This document shows positions 57,998 to 64,000 of a stretch of DNA of 64,000 nucleotides, in pieces (position 1 is the first letter of the stretch; every line of letters begins with the position of its first letter). Source of the stretch: Minisyncoccota bacterium (GTDB taxonomy: Bacteria > Patescibacteriota > Minisyncoccia > Phycocordibacterales > UBA2100); contig JAYWCB010000010.1 in assembly GCA_043780835.1 (NCBI GenBank), forward strand, positions 66,845-130,844. Direction: 5' to 3'. The notes beneath the pieces were generated by a model. It did not search any database, was not told the DNA's origin, and worked only from the letters and a program-made list of their open reading frames with translations. The position numbers were made by a program, and so were the translations under genes.

Positions 57998-58798
57998 ATG
58001 GTGGGAATGATTGTCGTTGCTGCCGGGTATGGGACACTCCGGTCTAAAAACGGGAGACCGGTCTCAAAGCTTATGGAACGAATCCATGGACAACCAATGT
58101 TTATGCATGCGCTTCGGCGAGCCAACATTGTCGGCATTCGGGAAATTGTGATTGTCGCAAATCCGATGTATGTCGATGAGTTTAAGGACGCGGTCCGGCG
58201 GGCCATCGACGTAGACTTTATTCGGAACCAGCCGGTATTTGTGTCGCAACAGAATCGACATGGCGCCGCAGACGCGGTCTCGTATGCAATTCCTTCTTTG
58301 GTGGGCCGCGGCATTCGACGGGCGCTCATTACATACGGCGACATGCCCGAGTGGTCTGCGAACACGTTTCGCACCCTCTTGTGCGAAGACGATGCGCGCG
58401 AGGTGGTAACGATGGTCACCGCGGAACGCTCATTGAGGTATCCGGCACTCGATCGTTATGGTCGCATACTGCGCAATGCGCACGGACACATCGCACGTGT
58501 TATGGAGGTCGATGATCCGCAAATGACTGACGACGTGTACGACATTCATAGCGTGAATCCGTCGCTGTGGATTTGGGACCTTGCGTGGTTGCAGAAAATG
58601 ATTCCTTTGATTCCGCCATTTCAAAAGAAGGATGGTCATGGTGATGAGTTACACATGCCGCGTCTCATCGGCATGGCAACTTCTGAAGGGCGGCACATAC
58701 AAGAAGTGGCGCTATCGTGTGCTCAGAGCAGAGAGGCGCTCGGCGTAAAAACTGCAGAGGAACTCGATGCGCTCGTGCGACGATTTGTTTGTTCGTGA
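57998..58798 (+). CDS. Sugar-phosphate nucleotidyltransferase (NTP_transferase family, GlmU/MurU-like N-domain only)
   Basis: MVGMIVVAAGYGTLRS (G-x-G-T-R-L-like), RBS aaggag 7 nt upstream; about 267 aa. Confidence 0.55.
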   Translation: MVGMIVVAAGYGTLRSKNGRPVSKLMERIHGQPMFMHALRRANIVGIREIVIVANPMYVDEFKDAVRRAIDVDFIRNQPVFVSQQNRHGAADAVSYAIPSLVGRGIRRALITYGDMPEWSANTFRTLLCEDDAREVVTMVTAERSLRYPALDRYGRILRNAHGHIARVMEVDDPQMTDDVYDIHSVNPSLWIWDLAWLQKMIPLIPPFQKKDGHGDELHMPRLIGMATSEGRHIQEVALSCAQSREALGVKTAEELDALVRRFVCS

Positions 58799-58848
58799 TC
58801 AATCACAAAAACAGTCTGGTTCGTCCCGACCGTTTTTTAATTGTGTGT

Positions 58849-59418
58849 TCATTTCATGTTCGGCGCGAGCGTTGTAACAGCCGCATTGTTCAGAAACAAT
58901 TGTACGTTTGAAACATTTGGAAATTGCTTTGCCGTTTCTTCGATTTGAATTTCCGCGCGCAGATCGTCGCAGATACCGGCGAGTCCGGACAGCGATCCGG
59001 TGAGATAAATAGTGGCAGTACCGGAAACAATTGATACATGGTCGAAATGGAGCGTTGCTCCGGTGCGGGAAATAAAATTGAACCATCCGTCAACTGAAGT
59101 TGTAGAAAGCGCAAACAGTATATTGAGTGCGGCCGTGAGCGGCGTGGTCGTACTCGGGATGGATCGATTCACCATGACAATTCTGTCGCATCCGCGCGTC
59201 GCTCCATTTGAAATCTGCGCAGTGTCGAGCATCGCAAGTTGGACGCTCGAAGTTGCCAGCGCACTTTCTGCAATCGGTGTCGCTTGTTCCGGAACTGTCG
59301 TAGGCGGTACGGGCACTCCGCCCATCGGGGGAGAATTCTGCACCCACGTCAGTACGATAAAAAGAATTGCCACCGTAGCGATGATGATGGTGAGGACAAA
59401 ATTTCGGGGACCCATTAC
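58849..59418 (-). CDS. N-terminally anchored protein with GerMN-like domain (tentative)
   Basis: Start MGPRNFVLTIIIATVAILFIV; C-terminal TATIYLTGSLSGLAGICDDLRAEIQIEETAKQFPNVSNVQLFLNN resembles GerMN. Confidence 0.35.
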   Translation of the reverse strand, partial: VMGPRNFVLTIIIATVAILFIVLTWVQNSPPMGGVPVPPTTVPEQATPIAESALATSSVQLAMLDTAQISNGATRGCDRIVMVNRSIPSTTTPLTAALNILFALSTTSVDGWFNFISRTGATLHFDHVSIVSGTATIYLTGSLSGLAGICDDLRAEIQIEETAKQFPNVSNVQLFLNNAAVTTLAPNMK

Positions 59419-59455
59419 AGCGACTGTAGACCTATTTGCTGAAGTTGCAAAGAAG

Positions 59456-61024
59456 TCAGAAATCGCGCTGTCGATACTGCAACGCCTCCAACATATGAGC
59501 GGGTTCGATGGTGTCGCTTCCCGCGAGGTCGGCGATAGTGCGGGCAAGTTTAATGGTTCGGTGAAATCCTCGCGCGGAAAGCTTCATTGCGCGAGCGGCG
59601 CTCATGAGCGTCTCTTCAGCCTTTTGTGTGAGGCCTGCAAGTGATTCTATTTCTTTTGGTCGCATGTCTGCGTTTGTGGTCACGCCGTGTACATCGAGAA
59701 AGCGTGCTTCTTGTCGTGCTCGCGCCTGCAGAATTCTGCCGCGCGCTTTTTCGCTCAAATCGTCAGCTTGTTTCTTTTTCGTTGCGAGTGCTTCCATTGG
59801 CATGTCGCCGACTTGGACCCACATATCGATTCGATCTGCAACAGGGCCGGAAATCTTTTTGCGGTATTTGTCGATCGCATGTGGCATGCACGTGCATTCG
59901 CCGTTGCGGGAACCGTTTGAAGACTGTCCGTATCGTCCGCACGGACACGGGTTGAGCGCGGCAATGAGCATAAAATTTGCAGGAAAAATTGCAGAACCTC
60001 GTGCTCGTGCAACGCTCACCTGCGCATCTTCCAATGGTTCACGGAGTGCGTTCACCACATCGCGGTGAAACTCCGGAAACTCATCGAGAAATAATACTCC
60101 CCTATGAGCGAGCGTCACTTCGCCGGGACGCGGAATTGTACCGCCGCCGATGAGCGATGCGTACGATGATGTGTGATGCGGTGAACGAAATGGCGGCCGT
60201 GTAACCGCGCCGTGTGTCACACCTGCATACGAATGAATCGCCGTAACTTCAATCATTTCACTTTCAGAAAGATCGGGAAGGAGCGAGACCGCGGTGCGCG
60301 CGAGCATGGTTTTGCCGGTACCGGGCGGACCGTAGAGTGCAATATTGTGTCGACCTGCGGCAGCTATTTCGAGTCCGCGTTTCGCACTTTCCTGTCCGCG
60401 TATATCACTGAGTGAAACCGAAAATGTTTCGGGGACTGAACGTCGTTCTTGTTTTTCGAATGCGGAAATGACTAACGGAGAATCAGAAATATGCGCGACG
60501 ACCTCGGCGAACGTTCTGACTGGATAAATTTTTAGACCGGACACGAGTGCAGCTTCTTCGCAGTTTGCATGCGGAATAAAAAGTTCTGTGAAACCCTCGT
60601 CGCGTGCACAGAGTGCTATCGAAAGCGCGCCACGAACGGAGCGCAGCGTACCGTCGAGCGCAAGCTCACCGGAGAATAACTTACCCGTAGGATCAAACGA
60701 GAGTTGACCGGAGGCAAGCAGATACGAAAGCGCGAGTGATAAATCAAAGACAGCACCTTCTTTTTTTAGTTCCGCAGGAGCGAGCGAGAAAACAATTTTT
60801 TTATTGCTCCGTTTTGGAGATTCAAAATGACCGTCAGAATTTTTGATTGCGGCGGCGATGCGATCTTTTGCCTCTTCGACTGCTTTATCGGGAAGACCGA
60901 CAACGGTGAATGCGTGGAGTCCCCGAATGATGTCGCACTCCACCGATACGAGGTGCGCGCGCGGGAGCGCGGGTTGCGCACTGAAGACGCGAGCAAACCC
61001 GGATTCAATTTCGCCGTGAGTCAC
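59456..61024 (-). CDS. comM: YifB/ComM-family Mg-chelatase-like AAA+ ATPase
   Basis: N-terminal Lon-like/ChlI domains, Walker A LYGPPGTGKTMLA, LFLDEFPEF, and a C-terminal Mg-chelatase domain. Confidence 0.85.
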   Translation of the reverse strand: MTHGEIESGFARVFSAQPALPRAHLVSVECDIIRGLHAFTVVGLPDKAVEEAKDRIAAAIKNSDGHFESPKRSNKKIVFSLAPAELKKEGAVFDLSLALSYLLASGQLSFDPTGKLFSGELALDGTLRSVRGALSIALCARDEGFTELFIPHANCEEAALVSGLKIYPVRTFAEVVAHISDSPLVISAFEKQERRSVPETFSVSLSDIRGQESAKRGLEIAAAGRHNIALYGPPGTGKTMLARTAVSLLPDLSESEMIEVTAIHSYAGVTHGAVTRPPFRSPHHTSSYASLIGGGTIPRPGEVTLAHRGVLFLDEFPEFHRDVVNALREPLEDAQVSVARARGSAIFPANFMLIAALNPCPCGRYGQSSNGSRNGECTCMPHAIDKYRKKISGPVADRIDMWVQVGDMPMEALATKKKQADDLSEKARGRILQARARQEARFLDVHGVTTNADMRPKEIESLAGLTQKAEETLMSAARAMKLSARGFHRTIKLARTIADLAGSDTIEPAHMLEALQYRQRDF

Positions 61025-61069
61025 AAAAACAGTATACCAGTATCTCTATGCGGAGATGCTCATATGTCT

Positions 61070-62332
61070 TTAGCGCAGGCACACGGTGCGTTGCGGTTCA
61101 GGAAGTGCGTGACAAAACGCAGCGCGCGCGACCGGGTCACTGCCGAAATAAAACTGCACGTGATCCGCAAAGGTTGAAAGACATGTCTCGGATGCACTTA
61201 GTAAGGAAACGTTTGTACACGCTGCAATTGCTGCGGGTCCCGCGTTCAGATCCTCTTCGAGTATTGCGGATGCGACTGATATGGCGCACACCCCTTGCCA
61301 GAGCTGCGGCAAGTGACTGCACGCGGTGTTGCCCGAGTCGCCGTGGCCCAGACTCGAACGACCTATAATTGCGGTGGCACTTCGGTAGCAATTGTATTCC
61401 TCTTTCGCATTCGGCTGGTGCGCGCAAAATGCGGCAACGCCGGTACCGTTCATGATCGAGATTCGGGAGAACGGCCAGCTTTCTCGCAGGCATGCTCCTT
61501 CGTCGCGGGGATCCTCGTTGTAACTGCTGCAGAACTGACGGATCGTTGAGGTTGCCGGTCGAACCGGCATTTGCTCAATCATAAGAAAATCGTCGGGCTC
61601 AAGCGGTTGATAGATCTGCATGAACACTCCTTCACGGCAGACTTGTCCGTAGTCACCATGAGACGTATCCGTCGTGCGCGCGCAGAGCGAGAGTGCTTTG
61701 TGCAGATGAGCATCGGTAATATAGACGTACAAATGACCAAGACCGTGGTAGCACGTCGCTTGAATAGAGGGTGTTGGTTTCCAATTATCGTGCGCCTCGC
61801 ATGCCTTACGGAAATCCGGGAGCAGCGCGTCAAGCGCATCGTCGGTAAGGACATTGGCACGAAAACGCCCGCCGATGACGCCGTGTGTAAATCCATTGGA
61901 GCACAATCCGTCACTTGGATTGAGCGGCATCGCTTGCATCCATCTATCGGGATCCTGTGCGACTATTTTTTCTCCCAGCTTATGGGCAAGTACGTGGCAG
62001 AACTGGTATGACTGATCACGCTTCCTGATGTTGCGAATGACATCGAAAATAAGAGGAATCGAATATTTTGGAAAAAGTTTTGGTACTTCGCGTTCGTAAC
62101 ATACCGTGTGATCTCTTCCGACATTGCACAGCGACGTCATCTGTACGGCCAGCTCTTCAGGGATGTTCCGTGGTTTGAGGTGTGTATATCGATACAGAGC
62201 AATCGCGCCGTATCCGATGCTCCACAAGAGGAAAAGAAGAAGGAATATTCGCAGTGCGCGTGTATCAAATATGGTATGAAATGAACCTCGAGGATCGCGT
62301 GTAACACGACTCAATTTTTTTTTCAATGCCAC
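61070..62332 (-). CDS. Cys-rich membrane-anchored hypothetical protein
   Basis: N-terminal TM (IFLLLFLLWSIGYGAIAL), at least 20 Cys; no family recognized. Confidence 0.3.
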   Translation of the reverse strand: MALKKKLSRVTRDPRGSFHTIFDTRALRIFLLLFLLWSIGYGAIALYRYTHLKPRNIPEELAVQMTSLCNVGRDHTVCYEREVPKLFPKYSIPLIFDVIRNIRKRDQSYQFCHVLAHKLGEKIVAQDPDRWMQAMPLNPSDGLCSNGFTHGVIGGRFRANVLTDDALDALLPDFRKACEAHDNWKPTPSIQATCYHGLGHLYVYITDAHLHKALSLCARTTDTSHGDYGQVCREGVFMQIYQPLEPDDFLMIEQMPVRPATSTIRQFCSSYNEDPRDEGACLRESWPFSRISIMNGTGVAAFCAHQPNAKEEYNCYRSATAIIGRSSLGHGDSGNTACSHLPQLWQGVCAISVASAILEEDLNAGPAAIAACTNVSLLSASETCLSTFADHVQFYFGSDPVARAAFCHALPEPQRTVCLR

Positions 62333-62356
62333 GGACGCATTGTAACCTCTGTGTCG

Positions 62357-62731
62357 CTAGATTTCTTCAGCGTGCTCTATATCAGTTCGTGCTGAGGGAA
62401 TCGCTTTGAGTCGCTCAAGCGGAATGGTATCACTGCAGACTTCGCATATACCGTACACGCCCTCATCCATTTTCTCGAGTGCGTCCGCAACATCGCGATG
62501 ACGATCCTCAAGCTCTTCCACGAGCGGCACATTGGTAGCGAGTTCTTCTATCTGATCAGCAACATCATTCGGATCGGATTCTTGTCCTTCGAAACCGGAC
62601 GAGGCGCCCTGCCAATCACCCGTGTCAGTTTGCACGCGACCATGGGCAGCCAACTCTTCTTCGAGATTCTCTTTGTCGACCTCGAGCACAGCGCGTAATT
62701 CTTCTAATTCTACTTGTGGAATTTTATTCAT
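62357..62731 (-). CDS. DksA/TraR-family C4 zinc-finger protein
   Basis: C-terminal CEVCSDTIPLERLKAIPSARTDIEH (CxxC-x17-C... DksA-type); acidic coiled-coil N-part. Start at MNKIPQVE. Confidence 0.6.
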   Translation of the reverse strand: MNKIPQVELEELRAVLEVDKENLEEELAAHGRVQTDTGDWQGASSGFEGQESDPNDVADQIEELATNVPLVEELEDRHRDVADALEKMDEGVYGICEVCSDTIPLERLKAIPSARTDIEHAEEI

Positions 62732-62785
62732 GCCGAGAGTATACCCTGACAAATACAAAATTTCGAATGAAGATTGTCCCATTCC

Positions 62786-63931
62786 TCACAGTCGTCGTCC
62801 CGCTTGAAGACGGCTCAAAATCTCAGTAAAGGTATACGGACTTTCCGCGATGATGAGTAAATCTCGCGTGGGGAACGAATAATATAACTGTATAACACCA
62901 TCATCATCTTTCAGTGCACGAACGTCGTAGTTTCGCATTACCAGATCGCTAAACTGACGCTGCGCCTGCAAACCGTCCCGACCCATTTGCAGTCGCGGAA
63001 CAGATGTAAACAGCGGTGCCAGGTCGCCGTTCATATTTTTTTCCCAGGAGAGCATGCCGTCGAACGCACGGTCGTATGATGTCACTTTGATTACTAAGAT
63101 CGGCGCATTCTTGTCGACCGTGTGAATACCGAGAAAAAAATCGTTTCCGACGGCACGCAACAGACTCTCCGGTGGCTCAATGTTCAGCGCGGTAAAAAAT
63201 TCTTGCAGGGTCGCAGGTCGCTGGATGTTTTTACCGTCTAAATCGGTCGTATTTACCATCGGAACGATATGCAATAGTGATCCAAGTGTACCGCTCGAGG
63301 TTCGCGCAAGCGCAAGTTGTGCGCGTAATGATTGCGGCGCATCGCGCGTGAGCGGAAATGGGACGGTTTGTTCGGCAAATACAAGCGATGCGGTATCGCT
63401 CGACTGACTCGGCGCGGATTGCAGTGCGGCGATATAATACACACCGCCGAGCGCACCGAGTCCCAATAGCACAAAGATACAAATTGTGAATATAACCGCC
63501 GGCGCGCGACTCGGGGCGCGTGGCGGTTCGATCACTCGATCCATTCGGGATTTTTTTTCCTGTTCAAGTGCGACCGCTTTCACGATCGACATCTTTTGTT
63601 CCAGCACAACGTGCTGCAAATCTTGTTTAAGCGTGTGCACAGAGGCGACATGTAAATCTTCGTGGAACACGTTTTGTACGGGAACGACAGATGGAGCCGA
63701 TGGCACAGATGCGTGTGTTGACGACGTGGTGGTATTTTCAGTGATATTCGCCGCGAGTATATCGGCCAGCTTTTTTCCTCCTTCAGCCGCAGCGTTAGGA
63801 GCAACGGTGCGTTCGCCGTCAGGTACATACGAACGTTTTTCGGGCAATTTTATGTTCTTCAATATTTTGTCCATGTCGGTACGCATCCCGTCCGGGGATT
63901 TTGATCTTGCACGTGGCTTGACCAGGCCCAC
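62786..63931 (-). CDS. Bitopic membrane protein, unknown
   Basis: Internal TM (VIFTICIFVLLGLGALGGVYYIAAL); no family recognized. Confidence 0.3.
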   Translation of the reverse strand: MGLVKPRARSKSPDGMRTDMDKILKNIKLPEKRSYVPDGERTVAPNAAAEGGKKLADILAANITENTTTSSTHASVPSAPSVVPVQNVFHEDLHVASVHTLKQDLQHVVLEQKMSIVKAVALEQEKKSRMDRVIEPPRAPSRAPAVIFTICIFVLLGLGALGGVYYIAALQSAPSQSSDTASLVFAEQTVPFPLTRDAPQSLRAQLALARTSSGTLGSLLHIVPMVNTTDLDGKNIQRPATLQEFFTALNIEPPESLLRAVGNDFFLGIHTVDKNAPILVIKVTSYDRAFDGMLSWEKNMNGDLAPLFTSVPRLQMGRDGLQAQRQFSDLVMRNYDVRALKDDDGVIQLYYSFPTRDLLIIAESPYTFTEILSRLQAGRRL

Positions 63932-64000
63932 TTCGTCTGCGATCGCGTCTCCGCTGAGGGGAAGTGCCGCAGAAGCCGGTTCCTTTTTTGATTGCGGTTT

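Overview
Origin-proximal chromosomal window from a bacterium with a compact, Gram-positive-like or Patescibacteria-like gene set. That placement is inferred from a short YidC, PrgI-like and Gram-positive-type VirB4 proteins, an LTD-domain protein, a GerMN-like protein, and many long low-complexity secreted proteins. All calls below are made by eye from the sequence and the ORF track, so boundaries and starts can be off by a few nucleotides.

Core genes present:
- A riboflavin/FAD cluster (putative RibL-like FAD synthase, ribH, ribE, an EamA transporter, a monofunctional riboflavin kinase).
- rpsT, ruvA, ruvC, ruvB, a MurE-like ligase, a TrmH methyltransferase, a PAP2 phosphatase.
- polA, tsaE, a holA-like gene, a pilB/gspE ATPase, a YebC-like gene, PBP1A.
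- The replication origin block: dnaN and dnaA with DnaA boxes, then rpmH-rnpA-yidC-jag.
- rsmA, a uvrD/pcrA helicase, a LysM-M23 peptidase, a sugar nucleotidyltransferase, comM/yifB, a DksA/TraR zinc-finger protein.
- tRNA-Ser(TGA), tRNA-Arg(GCG) and tRNA-Lys(TTT).

Main accessory content:
1. A roughly 12.7 kb minus-strand operon right after yidC-jag that looks like a Gram-positive-type type IV secretion (T4SS)-like apparatus. It has a VirB2/TrbC-like pilin, a VirB4 ATPase, a standalone VirB4-N-terminal-like protein, a VirB3/PrgI-like protein, a VirB6/TrbL-like protein with a coiled-coil tail, and several secreted or TM-anchored unknowns. No relaxase or VirD4 coupling protein is visible in the window.
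2. Four large Cys- and Gly-rich secreted proteins (8202..9437, 9752..12862, 19104..20840, 20895..22394) that share a C-terminal Ig-like module. Two of them are a tandem duplicate pair. All sit next to tRNA genes.
3. An AT-rich islet (about 4920-7700) at tRNA-Ser with a 22-23 nt direct repeat of the tRNA 3' end, an HNH endonuclease, a NUDIX hydrolase and a gene interrupted by an in-frame TAG.
4. A second DnaA-box module (about 31237-31280) nearly identical to the box module upstream of dnaA. It lies in a 640-nt non-coding region just downstream of a gene for a DnaA-domain-IV-like protein.
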